54,209 bases of DNA. It comes from a virus (lineage: Duplodnaviria; Caudoviricetes). Shown piece after piece: positions 30,501 through 38,449 of this stretch. The notes below the pieces were generated by a model. It was given only the letters and a program-made list of their open reading frames with translations, was not told the origin of the DNA and ran no database searches. The position numbers and the translations under genes are program-made. Positions within the stretch are counted from its first letter, which is position 1. Every line of letters begins with the position of its first letter. Where the stretch lies: the IMG/VR virus record IMGVR_UViG_3300037458_000931, positions 1-54,209 of that record; one strand, 5' to 3'.

Positions 30501-33500
30501 AGGCGCAGTATAGTGTTGCACCAGAGACTACGCTACAAGATACCCCAGAAGAGTCTATTGATAAAGTTCGTAAGCAATATGAAAACTCGGATCAATGGAT
30601 GAAAGCGCCTAATGGGCAATCAACCAATTTGAACGAGCGGCAGTGGCTGCAGGTAAGAACACCTGAGTTTAAGGCTTGGTTTGGCAACTGGGAAAACGAT
30701 CAAGGTAACTCTAGTAAAATTTTAGATGACAATGGTGAACCCTTAGTAGTTTATCATGGCACACAATCTGACTTTTCAGAGTTTGATTTGGGTAAAGTTG
30801 GGACAGGGACTGACTCCGGTGTTTATGGTAAAGGTTTTTATTTTACATCTGACCCAAAATTAGCTAGCGTATATACTAAAAATTACTCCGGCGGTAATGT
30901 TATTCCAGTTTTTCTTAATATGCAAAATCCAGCTGCTAAAGCACAAGTTGATTTTACGGATCCAGATATTCGAGAAAACTTGAAACAATCTGGATATGAT
31001 GGGGTTATAGTAAAACCTCCACAGTTGCCGGCTGAATTTCAGAATGTTGAACTGTTTGGAAGAAAAGCAAAACAAGCCTCGGATGAGTATGTTGTATATG
31101 ATCCAAATCAAATTAAATCTGCCATAGCCAACATAGGGTTGTTTTCATCTACTGATTCTAATATCCTTTACAGCATAGGCCTCCAAGAGTTTAAAGACAC
31201 CCTTTGGACAGACCCAACAGATTCCCGGCAGGACTTTGTAAACAAGCCAGGGTTGTTGCAAAAGTTCCGTGCAAATTTCATAGACTTCTTCGCAGAAATG
31301 GAAAAGAAGTCTACAAGGGTTTACGATGCGTATTCACTTTTAAGAAATAAAAAGGCCGCCCGGCTAGTGCAAGCCCGGCAGGAGTACATGTTTCCTTTAC
31401 GGGATCTTATCGCTAAAGGTCCGTGGACTTCAAAAGAAGTCGGAGACATGCTTGCTGCCCGACACCTTAAGGTGGATAACGTAAACACCCGGCTTGCCGA
31501 AAGGTCGAGTTACAGTTATACTAAGGAGCTTTTAAAGGCGTTGCCTGAGTCAAAGAAAAAGGAGTTAATGAAGGCCCGCTCGAATGTTAAAGGCGGAAAA
31601 ATGCCAGACGGGTCTGTTTACTTAGATATAAACGGTACCCCGGCTAAAATGTCAAAAAAAACTAAGCAAAAGCTTATGTTTGATTTGATGAATAAGTATG
31701 TTGTGTTTGAACAACTTAACCCTGACGGAAAGCAGGCGTTGAGGTTTGAGTGGGAGGTGTTTAAGGACGCCGCCGGGGGATTCTCTAACGGTGGAATTGG
31801 TAAGGGGATTGTAAGAAGTATCGACGACGTACTTGCGGATACGAGTAAAGATCAAGCACGGTTTGATAAAATCGCTAACTTATTCGATGCGATGAATCGA
31901 CACGCGCTGCAAATCCGTGAGGATGGGGAGTTAATCACTCCAGAAGAACATGCCAGATTGTTACTTGATAAAACTACATACGCACCTTTACGCCGGGAGT
32001 CTTATAATGTTGATAGAGAAATTGAACAACTCTTCCAGCGCGCCGGTCAAGGTGGGTCTAAGCAACTCGGAGTTCGTACAGGAACCACTGCACTTTCCGA
32101 GCCAACACTTGTACTACAAAACGCACTCGCAGCACTTGAAGCAAGCGCAGCAGCAGCGGAGAGGAATCTGGCGAATAAAGAGTTGTATGAGGTAGTTAAT
32201 GCTGATAAAGAGAGTTGGAAACCCTGGTTTGCTATTGTTGATGCTGATAAGTACATAACGCATGATGAGGATGGATTCTTGCAGGAAAGAAATGCTACGG
32301 CCTCGAACCGTGCAGACATTACACTGATTAATAAAGGAAAGAAATTAGTCATCCGGCCTAACATGCACAATGAAAGAGCAATGGGCTTTGTACGTGCAGC
32401 TAATAACTTAGACGCGCAGATTGTTAGCGGGCCGATGAGTGTACTTAATTTCTTTAACAACATCGTAAGGTGGGTTAATGTTACCGCCTCACCGGCGTTC
32501 CTGATGATGAACGCGATTAGAGATCCGGGGACTGCACTTTACAATTTGCAAGCGACTGAAGCAGCACCGTACACGAGTGAAATATTTGCGAATTATGGTA
32601 AATCTTTTAATGCTTTGAAAAAGGTATTTCTCGATGGCAATCGAAACCCGACTGATGCAGACGTAAAAATGGTTGAGGCATTTGAAAATGCTGGAGGCCG
32701 GACCTCGTTTATTGAGCAGTTGAATCCGTCTGATGATACATGGAGGAGCTTTGATGCGCAGGTCGCCCGGCGGCAAGGGGGCATGAAGCAAATAATGGCT
32801 GCCAAGGATAAATGGATTGATGGGCTTGAGAACTTTAACGTGCTGTTTGAGAACGTAATGCGGTTGAGTACCTTTAATGTATTGATGGATAAGGGGGTTG
32901 ATAAGACTCGGGCAGCGCGAATTGCTCAAGACTTAACAACTAACTTCACCCGGCGGGGGTATAAGACACAGGCGCTTGGTAATTGGTGGGTGTTCTTTAA
33001 CGCGGCGGTGCAGGGGAATTATCAAGTTTTAAGGAACTTAATGGCGTCTAAGAAATTACAAGCCTGGGCAGGTGGAACTATTATGTTCGCCTTAATGCTT
33101 GACTTACTTGGCCGAGCGGTAGCTGATGATTGGGATGAAATACCTGAGTGGGATAAGGAACGGTTTATTATCTTACCGATTAAGGTGGCTGGTGACTTTG
33201 TTAAGATTCCTGCACCCTGGGTGTATAACGTACTCTGGCGCACCGGCGGAATGTTTGGTGAGACACTTGCAGGTGTACGTAAGCCACAGAACATGATATT
33301 GGATCTTGCAGCGCTTACTGCAGTTACGTTTAATCCTTTGGGTAAACCGGGGAGTATTGCACAGGCTATTTCTCCCACAGCTGCCGATCCGTTTGTGCAG
33401 ATTCTTGAGAACAAAGACTTCGCCGGGAATCCAATAGGGCCAGAAGGCTTCCCCGGTGCAGGAAGCAAAGCCAATTCAGAATTGCTCTGGAGCAGCACAC

Positions 33501-34045
33501 CGAAGGGTTATCAAAGCGTTGCGAGGTTTGTTAATGAGTTAACCGGCGGAAGTGCTGTTGAATCCGGGGCGATTGACCTCCGTCCCGGAGATTACCAACT
33601 GCTAGCGAAGTTCCTAACTGGCAGCTTGGGTAGGTTTCTTTCGGATGCAACATTTGGGCTGCAAGAAAATTTAGAGAAGGGTATTGAGGGTCCGAAGGAA
33701 ATTCCGATTGTTAAGGAATTCTTCTCAGAACCATACAACCCTATGCGGTCACAGACTTATCATACAAACATCGCTGCAGTTTACGGAGCACACAAGTTAG
33801 AAAAGATGTATAGAGATGGACCGGAAAGAGACCTAGTTAAATTGCAGGAGGTACGGCAAGCGAGGAGTAAAGACTTAAGAATGTATAGTCAAGCGCAAGA
33901 TGTTGAAAGGCAGATTAAAAGCTTACGGGTGCGGATACGAGCCGCTGAGAATAGAAAGGATGACGCCCGCGTTAAGGAGCTTCGCGGGCGTATAGAGGCT
34001 GTGCAAGAGAGATTTAACGCTGCGTATAAGCAACGGGTGAGTTAA
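24578..34045 (+). CDS. Large polyvalent protein (3155 aa): three ART-like modules, two HExxH motifs, LPD23-like and LPD38-like regions
   Basis: YHGT at 26321, 27017 and 30752, each followed by G.GF[YF] and GYD motifs; TGWHQGADKKWRFEISD; HEIQH (29012) and HEGSH (29966); C-terminal NF.RRG, FFNAAVQG, ENKDF.G.PI region. Confidence 0.85.
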   Translation: MAASNIINPYEQIWKTRDLRALNTPVEIDNKLPEWRRGLGAFGKEMQATGYGLVGLGAQGVENLIGENAVTSGLTDWGIEGYNKAIQESQSGLNAPSIARVEDIKNASDAMDWAGYQLGKGIPMLGTLALSGGIGGAVARIGANQGVKALAKSAVGDLVKKTVATKAIQAAEGQVVTQAMKQAAATALRDTFSKGAIAGGFTGSFGLEGGLAFGEQVAEGVNPADAVKSAIAVGGINGALEFLPFYSAAKSIGMGSYAKKSIAKVIADNPELSKRAIGLAKEIGGRAAKGAAVGAGAEGITEGLQELVSIAGLRWAENEPLFADLTPEDWGRIKNAAAAGALVGGAAMGAGATVGGLQAQETAPPPAGTPPAQTGTLPVTPPTDQTRTQDLEAMRSRIDAALAEAQAAGNTAGVEELQQIRARFDSELGVETPVQETPGQVAPVQEAPVEIPPVIQTIPPTQEITPPVQETPLDIPPVEEQVPVVSPNIPPVTQPPVLPRPGETVQLKRGEEVILTPPGQPETRVIPTEEEKAKLQQLLGERPTKPEVIPNAEEVQTQTEAPVNTRFSMPRRKGTKYTIKAYHGTPDDTFAEFDAKESGKNSGNTGLNGAGFYFTPDKETASSYGKNVISASLELNNPLITEDFAAYEGNEASDEEFLAAADVNFNALGSVFDNNPELSIEQKNIAKAKLNEFKTTGMGGELLLTFMDVYKEAVGPLEVNDAPTKLSDMAKQAGYDSITANYNGEPLEIVVFDPKQIKKSKPRRQATEATMEEFEAVRKQFQERQAQETPFKNWFGKGTPGVTADSAGTPITLYHGTNNPVFNEWDSSRAGEASSHPTSGLGFFMTADKGAAARYGNNLMALHAKIQNPYELTDADLTSIETKEDAAKLRKKLMAKGYDGAIVKAPGAKPYVIAFDSKQVKFVTNEKPTDSEDFRYSMPKGRFYSGLSRAVEGLSQKKASGTQWASMLNNMVSKGQIKKEELDWMGVDEWLKEQGVVSKEDVLKFVKDNEVKVTETLLGAGEPKITLNDETNKWEVYDLSGKLIGTVDNIKDSSDKEAKRFGDEIETVLKPLDFLNTQYIDKTRNKKWTLAGGKNHREIVITSPNIQPYNTEDKIHYGDIKEGRAIAWIRFNDRTDEDGKKLLFIEEIQSKRHQEGSKQGYIKEWTAQKLLDDKNFTIAPETFEGETEWFVREKEDGALIAAGDTKEQAIEKAVKSLNKYANGKVPIAPFQQTISGSSSTLSGWAGLGFKRMLRYAAENGYDRVGWTTGKQQAERYEQAGRDYLINLYDRQLPKEINKYVKKWGAEVGTTQIKVGDKQSTAVHSVDITLAMKESVMQGQPLFSFAGPRAATADLMSLETAQNRIEKGDNPEVVRQQTGWHQGADKKWRFEISDKDMKWKQSFDSIPESEFFKDEKAIPLSEVIDHPKLFAAYPFLEAIKLIKRKALFDIDQRTQGYFSDDKLEIVVTPYAKDPLSTILHEIQHAIQMYEGFAKGGNENSVWESLPVETKENVAKGVMEKLNEQIYQLKEAIETAVFLEKNIDFIIDYDNAISIRDKAYAEYMVYENLPRENKTRQEKLKVWREAMNDVGHVEKVIAGLLGSDRGLGSLPFKTFSVLSKFIDFIKKDDSKKEITKYKFKLNVEITDILEKIAAIRSGNEKAIRAEANLYEFYKKLAGETEARLTQARQGMTEEERKERSPQSMQEYPDEEQIVVMQGGQSLSAEQGSPIRPVTPDELRANVNSVMGENWIQQAEAAGIIEVIDGAGTRGESGSWAGDKFRLYTQTMPADGSPLGVLLHEGSHAPTFNEILGDSLEGYLKDLDTLAENGNETARNAIAQATIAVADVLGIKHNLMQGGNKTDLKNVQALIEERRPGLLAEEKLAYFIQYAAETKDGAGFLKRLINAIKAWFAQTQLGQALKQAGIGFELNEAMAVEWAKASLRNSLAEAQQAARARELVIAEAKEMPPSVRLGRALEAQYSVAPETTLQDTPEESIDKVRKQYENSDQWMKAPNGQSTNLNERQWLQVRTPEFKAWFGNWENDQGNSSKILDDNGEPLVVYHGTQSDFSEFDLGKVGTGTDSGVYGKGFYFTSDPKLASVYTKNYSGGNVIPVFLNMQNPAAKAQVDFTDPDIRENLKQSGYDGVIVKPPQLPAEFQNVELFGRKAKQASDEYVVYDPNQIKSAIANIGLFSSTDSNILYSIGLQEFKDTLWTDPTDSRQDFVNKPGLLQKFRANFIDFFAEMEKKSTRVYDAYSLLRNKKAARLVQARQEYMFPLRDLIAKGPWTSKEVGDMLAARHLKVDNVNTRLAERSSYSYTKELLKALPESKKKELMKARSNVKGGKMPDGSVYLDINGTPAKMSKKTKQKLMFDLMNKYVVFEQLNPDGKQALRFEWEVFKDAAGGFSNGGIGKGIVRSIDDVLADTSKDQARFDKIANLFDAMNRHALQIREDGELITPEEHARLLLDKTTYAPLRRESYNVDREIEQLFQRAGQGGSKQLGVRTGTTALSEPTLVLQNALAALEASAAAAERNLANKELYEVVNADKESWKPWFAIVDADKYITHDEDGFLQERNATASNRADITLINKGKKLVIRPNMHNERAMGFVRAANNLDAQIVSGPMSVLNFFNNIVRWVNVTASPAFLMMNAIRDPGTALYNLQATEAAPYTSEIFANYGKSFNALKKVFLDGNRNPTDADVKMVEAFENAGGRTSFIEQLNPSDDTWRSFDAQVARRQGGMKQIMAAKDKWIDGLENFNVLFENVMRLSTFNVLMDKGVDKTRAARIAQDLTTNFTRRGYKTQALGNWWVFFNAAVQGNYQVLRNLMASKKLQAWAGGTIMFALMLDLLGRAVADDWDEIPEWDKERFIILPIKVAGDFVKIPAPWVYNVLWRTGGMFGETLAGVRKPQNMILDLAALTAVTFNPLGKPGSIAQAISPTAADPFVQILENKDFAGNPIGPEGFPGAGSKANSELLWSSTPKGYQSVARFVNELTGGSAVESGAIDLRPGDYQLLAKFLTGSLGRFLSDATFGLQENLEKGIEGPKEIPIVKEFFSEPYNPMRSQTYHTNIAAVYGAHKLEKMYRDGPERDLVKLQEVRQARSKDLRMYSQAQDVERQIKSLRVRIRAAENRKDDARVKELRGRIEAVQERFNAAYKQRVS

Positions 34046-34278
34046 AACTGCAATTCTTTTTCATCGTTCAACTGCCTAATAGCCGAGTTATATTCGTCAA
34101 TCTCTTCGTCGGTTATGCTGTTAATCCAATCAACGTAAGCGTTTAAAGCGTCTATAACTTCTGGCTCTAGGTAGATGGTGTTCTCAGAATCATCATCGTT
34201 TTTAGTGTATAAGCAAAGTACATCACCGTCTATACAAGCGTAGACGGAGTCACCGAGATAGCGTTCGTGCCTATTCAT
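34042..34278 (-). CDS. Hypothetical phage protein
   Basis: YLGDSVY...N.IYLEPEV..AL pattern; stop shares TTAA with the convergent giant gene. Confidence 0.7.
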   Translation of the reverse strand: MNRHERYLGDSVYACIDGDVLCLYTKNDDDSENTIYLEPEVIDALNAYVDWINSITDEEIDEYNSAIRQLNDEKELQF

Positions 34279-34519
34279 AACGGGTAAGCTCCATTTGAAT
34301 AGCCCGGTCTATTGCGTCACGCGCCTCACGTAAATCGTCAAGCTCGCTGTTCTTCATACGCTCGCCGGCGCAGAGAAGTTTCTTTATAGCATGAGCGCGG
34401 GCAGGGCACCAGACGTTAAATGTGTCTAAAACTGCGTACACGTCTATCTGGTCATCAACCATACAGGTAACGGGGCGGAGATACTTACGCCCACTAGTGT
34501 TGAAGTTTGAATTACTCAT
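34271..34519 (-). CDS. DUF3310/SaV-like small protein
   Basis: DVY.VL..F...CPA..HAIKKLLCAG.R...DL.EA...I.RAI motif; next to dCTP deaminase. Confidence 0.55.
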   Translation of the reverse strand: MSNSNFNTSGRKYLRPVTCMVDDQIDVYAVLDTFNVWCPARAHAIKKLLCAGERMKNSELDDLREARDAIDRAIQMELTRYE

Positions 34520-35115
34520 TATCTAACTCCTTTATTCCCAGTTACTTCACTTAAGTTATTATACTGCCCCCTTATTGCATACGACGCAGCATCTGGAACA
34601 GGCTCGCCTTTAAAGAAAACTGCTTGCCCGATTTTTTGTCCGGGTTCTAAAACAAGCGTATGGTATCGGGTGTTGTTTCTGAGTTCTACTGTTAGAACTG
34701 AATTGTTCCATGAAGGATCACACCATACAGCCAATGCTTGATCCAAACCTGCCCGCGCCACTGAGGACTTAAGTCGAAATTCGGCGGCGATGTAGTTAGG
34801 GAGATTAAATACCTCCAGAGTTTGTGCTAGAATAAACTCCCCTGGTGCTAAATAAAACGGATACCCCCACGGAAGAATTTCCTTACTCATCACCAGTCCC
34901 TCTTTCCCTTTTAGACAAACGTAATACGAAGGGCGAAACGTAACTGACCCTGGCGGAGTTTCACGAAGAAACGTCCTACCCAAGCGTAAGTCTACAGAAG
35001 CTCCGTTGATTTGGGAGCTGTCGATTTTATTGTAAGGGTGGTCGTTGTCAGCAGGGGCGACTAGAAGCCCGGCGGAAATTAACAACTGTAACTCGGTGTG
35101 GGTGATTAAACTCAT
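34519..35115 (-). CDS. dcd: dCTP deaminase (trimeric dUTPase superfamily)
   Basis: ASVDLRLG, F.LAQTLE, KSSVARAG, DP.W, LTVEL.N, KIGQ..F and GQY motifs. Confidence 0.9.
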   Translation of the reverse strand: MSLITHTELQLLISAGLLVAPADNDHPYNKIDSSQINGASVDLRLGRTFLRETPPGSVTFRPSYYVCLKGKEGLVMSKEILPWGYPFYLAPGEFILAQTLEVFNLPNYIAAEFRLKSSVARAGLDQALAVWCDPSWNNSVLTVELRNNTRYHTLVLEPGQKIGQAVFFKGEPVPDAASYAIRGQYNNLSEVTGNKGVR

Positions 35116-36368
35116 TTCTTAAAGTCCTCAATTAACACGTTATAAATGGGGATACTTCCTTTATATTCTGCAAAGGTTATATCTCCGGCTTGAATCATTG
35201 ATCGGATTATCTGCCCTACCTCGTGGGGCTTATGGGTCTTACGCAATTTTCTCTCCAGTTCAGCGTGAGTTATTGTACAATTTGCTTTGGTCTTGCTGTG
35301 TAATACCTGTTCGATTGAGTGGTGAAAGCCGTTTGACGTTATTAAGTCATCAAACAGTGCCGTAACATTTTTCTCAGACAAAAGCAAATATTCTAGCGCT
35401 TGATCGAAATGTTTTTCCTCCAGCATAAGTTCGTTTGACTCGGCGGCGGCACAGCATATGGCGATTTTGCTGAGGTGCAACGACCGCCGGACGTTGTAGT
35501 CTATGAATCGGGAGTGTTCAATCGCGCCGGGATTGTCAACGTGGAAAGCGTTTAACTTTTCTTTAAACCGTGTACTAAGTTTGTACTCCCCTGCCAATAA
35601 TGAAAGGGCGCGAATGTCTGAGATAATTTTTCCTTTTAGTGTTTGATCCACTGTCTCGTTGTTAAAGAAGGGTTTGCGTGTTAATTCACCCGCATTGCAA
35701 ATAATTAACCTGGCAGTGAAGCCCATTTGGAAAGCTTCCTCTGGTACAATCCGGGCAAACACCGCCGGCTGAGTTCCTAAAAGCATAGCTAAATGGGGGT
35801 TTTCGATCTTAACAGTGGATGAAGCACCCCGCCCCCGAACTCGCTCGGTGAAAGAGTTTTTACAATTATATAAGTCGTTAATGATGGAGATCATTTGAGT
35901 CTGGTACTCAGGCATGAACGCACCCAACTCCCCATTAACAACGTATAATGAGTGACAGTGGACTGTCTCTGGTTTCCCTCCGTGCTTGAATGTAAACGCA
36001 AGTCTTGATTCATCATCTGCCAGAGCGTCAATAAGACCTTTGGTTGATAAAGATTCCGGGGCGATGTTAACACCTTGCTGCTGCTCCATTTCCTCGGTAG
36101 CTGAAGATAATAAATCCCGGATGGTATTGATAACTAAATCTTTTCCAGATCCTGGTGCCCCACATAAAAGAATAAACAAGTTAGGAAATAATAACGGCAT
36201 AACAGGGTTAGTCTGGAACCAAACCCGCCGGGTTAATGCGGCGGATATGAGAGATAACCCTCCCCATTTTTTAAATATACTGTGTGCGTGTAAGGGCTTA
36301 ACGTATTCATCCCAAGAGGCCAGAAGGTTATCTGCTGTTCTGACGCTTTGGGGGATTTTACTGACCAC
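35112..36368 (-). CDS. P-loop NTPase, DUF3987-like putative replicative helicase
   Basis: Walker A GAPGSGKD, degenerate Walker B (YVVNGE), GFTARL arginine-finger-like motif, C-terminal winged-helix-like region; directly downstream of the polymerase. Confidence 0.65.
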   Translation of the reverse strand: MVSKIPQSVRTADNLLASWDEYVKPLHAHSIFKKWGGLSLISAALTRRVWFQTNPVMPLLFPNLFILLCGAPGSGKDLVINTIRDLLSSATEEMEQQQGVNIAPESLSTKGLIDALADDESRLAFTFKHGGKPETVHCHSLYVVNGELGAFMPEYQTQMISIINDLYNCKNSFTERVRGRGASSTVKIENPHLAMLLGTQPAVFARIVPEEAFQMGFTARLIICNAGELTRKPFFNNETVDQTLKGKIISDIRALSLLAGEYKLSTRFKEKLNAFHVDNPGAIEHSRFIDYNVRRSLHLSKIAICCAAAESNELMLEEKHFDQALEYLLLSEKNVTALFDDLITSNGFHHSIEQVLHSKTKANCTITHAELERKLRKTHKPHEVGQIIRSMIQAGDITFAEYKGSIPIYNVLIEDFKK

Positions 36369-36408
36369 ATTGGAATTTCCTTTAGTTGTTTTGCTAGTTT
36401 ATAGGCAA

Positions 36409-36439
36409 CACGAAACAGCCTAATAGTTTCATACATACG
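36409..36439. promoter_or_regulatory. Palindromic motif, copy 2
   Basis: CACGAAACAG-N5-TAGTTTCATA-CATACG in the gap between polymerase and NTPase. Confidence 0.55.
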
Positions 36440-38245
36440 TTACAACTTCCAACTTTGCCACCCGCCGGCCACCACTCGCGTTCGCCCGTCTAAAGGGTGA
36501 CTAATGCCGTTGGGATTGCTTTCGGACTTACGCCCTAAGTTCCATCCACTTTCCGCCTCCGCAGGTACATACCAGTCTCGTGTCTTTCCGCCGGGGGAGG
36601 TAAGGGTAATATGCTCCTCCATCTGCTCGTGCATTGTTTTTATAACCTGCTCTTCCAAGCTTTCCGCACAAGTAGTAACTAATTCGTCGTGCTTTGATAG
36701 TCGGATTACACCAGGGAATTTATCGCCCATGCTATGTAAACGTAAAAGCGCCCTGTTACAATAGTCCGCCGCAACAGATTGTGGCTCGTAAGCAACTGCT
36801 TCCCGAATTGTAGCGTCGTCATTAGGGCGACCGAAAAACCGGCGAGTTCTGCCAAGCATGGTAGTTATTTCACCGGTGGTTTGCACTTGCTCAGCCACCC
36901 ACCGATGCCACTTAGCAATCTCAGGGAACGCATCGAAAAACACTTCTTGATAATGCTCGATTAACTTAACCTCGATGTGGGAGTGCTTGCTCATTTGTGG
37001 TGGTTTGCCACAGTAAGAAGTTCCGTGGCCTAAAGTCTTGCTCACGTCCCGGCGGGACTTGCCTCGGTAAAACGGAGCGGAGGCAAGCTTCTTTGCAGCC
37101 TTGAGTAAATCCTTTGGGAAGGATCCGTGTTTGATACACCACTCGATCTTAAAATCTTCCGGCCACGGCAGGTCAGGCCACACCATTGAGGCAGCCAAGG
37201 AGTGAAGGTCTCCTGACTCAGTCCCGGCGATGTAGTTCTCAAGGCCGAATAAACGAAAACAAATTGCCGCGACTATACGGGACTCGATTTGAGCATAGTC
37301 GCATACGATAAACTTCTCTTTCGGCGGACTTACGAAAATGTGCCGGAGTTTAGGAGTTACATTCTGACCGTTTGAACCGAATCCTTGAGCGTTCTGGCGA
37401 GAAGCTAATCGCCCGGTTTCTGTAACCGCACCGAAAGATGATTTAAAAAGTCCATGCTCTAATTTGCAGTTGAGAAACCCGAGTGACTTTGATAGGTCGC
37501 TAATTGCAAGGCAAACGTGTGCAAAAGGTGCGGCTATGGTGGTGGCAAGTTTCTCTTCCCCTGAAGACTTAATTATTTTCTCAAGGGCTTCCCGATCAAC
37601 GGCAGGGGTGTAATCTCCCTTTACGTTTCGGGATTTGTACTCAGGTATACCGTGAGTTTTTAACCAGGGAGGAGGGATAAAGTATGGTAAGGCTGTGGTG
37701 TTGGCAGGGGAGCCAAAGAAGTGGTAGAACAGTCGGAGCTTTTGGGCAGGGGAGTTAGGATTGAATGGCTCGGAGAATTCCTTAATAGCCTTTTGGAATG
37801 TAACTAAAGCCTCTGGCGCAGCCTCTTTTAAAGCCCGGCGGGTTTGAAGAGGAAGCTCTAGCCACTCGGTCCAGGTTGTTGGTAAGTCTATGCCAGGGGC
37901 GTAAGGTGAAAATTCTAAAACAGCCATATTGCGATAATAATTAAAATACCCAATGGCTTCAAGCATCTGGTTAATAACGGCTGTTAATTGGACTTGTTCT
38001 TTAGAGAACTGGACAGCCATTTCCCGCCGGGCTGACTCATCGACAGGGAGGCCGGCGAAGGACATGCTTAAAAGGGGCGCTTGCAACTCCATCTCGAAGT
38101 TGTAAGTGGAAAGGCGATGCTCGTCCATGAGTGGTAATAACCCGTCTTTAATCTCGAACAGAGTTAAAACATCCAGCCCGGAATATAAAGCAAGCTTGTC
38201 GAAGGGTGATGAAGGGAGGGAGGTGGAGGTGTTGAGGATTTGCAT
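36440..38245 (-). CDS. polA: Family A DNA polymerase, polymerase subunit (starts at exonuclease motif III)
   Basis: TETGRLAS, motif A DYAQIESR, motif B RDVSKTLGHGTSY, motif C HDEL; N-terminal YSGLD matches Exo III. Confidence 0.92.
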   Translation of the reverse strand: MQILNTSTSLPSSPFDKLALYSGLDVLTLFEIKDGLLPLMDEHRLSTYNFEMELQAPLLSMSFAGLPVDESARREMAVQFSKEQVQLTAVINQMLEAIGYFNYYRNMAVLEFSPYAPGIDLPTTWTEWLELPLQTRRALKEAAPEALVTFQKAIKEFSEPFNPNSPAQKLRLFYHFFGSPANTTALPYFIPPPWLKTHGIPEYKSRNVKGDYTPAVDREALEKIIKSSGEEKLATTIAAPFAHVCLAISDLSKSLGFLNCKLEHGLFKSSFGAVTETGRLASRQNAQGFGSNGQNVTPKLRHIFVSPPKEKFIVCDYAQIESRIVAAICFRLFGLENYIAGTESGDLHSLAASMVWPDLPWPEDFKIEWCIKHGSFPKDLLKAAKKLASAPFYRGKSRRDVSKTLGHGTSYCGKPPQMSKHSHIEVKLIEHYQEVFFDAFPEIAKWHRWVAEQVQTTGEITTMLGRTRRFFGRPNDDATIREAVAYEPQSVAADYCNRALLRLHSMGDKFPGVIRLSKHDELVTTCAESLEEQVIKTMHEQMEEHITLTSPGGKTRDWYVPAEAESGWNLGRKSESNPNGISHPLDGRTRVVAGGWQSWKL

Positions 38246-38248
38246 TAG

Positions 38249-38443
38249 TTATTGCTCGTTAAATTTTGAATCTATTTCAATAATCTCAGCATCATCAAAC
38301 TCTACAATATTTACATAGCCAGCAGGCTCTCGGCTTTTATATGCTTCCGGCCATTGCCCTATATAAGGAACAGTCTTCCCGATAAGCTTTGAATACCACA
38401 TGTGGCTATCTTTAGCTTTTAATATTCGTAGCATTTTCATCAA
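38249..38443 (-). CDS. Small hypothetical protein between the two polymerase genes
   Basis: AAGGT RBS; 64 aa, MWYS...SREPAGYVNIV. Confidence 0.65.
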   Translation of the reverse strand: MMKMLRILKAKDSHMWYSKLIGKTVPYIGQWPEAYKSREPAGYVNIVEFDDAEIIEIDSKFNEQ

Positions 38444-38449
38444 TTTACC

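Noticed and set aside
26-33498. Minus-strand ORFs under the structural arm (and plus-strand ORFs under the replication arm)
   Set aside because: They are antisense shadows of longer, RBS-bearing, tightly packed genes.
38246-38449. Intron or intein explaining the split polymerase
   Set aside because: The gap is filled by an ordinary ORF with its own RBS; no intron core, homing endonuclease or intein motifs, and each half has its own start and stop.
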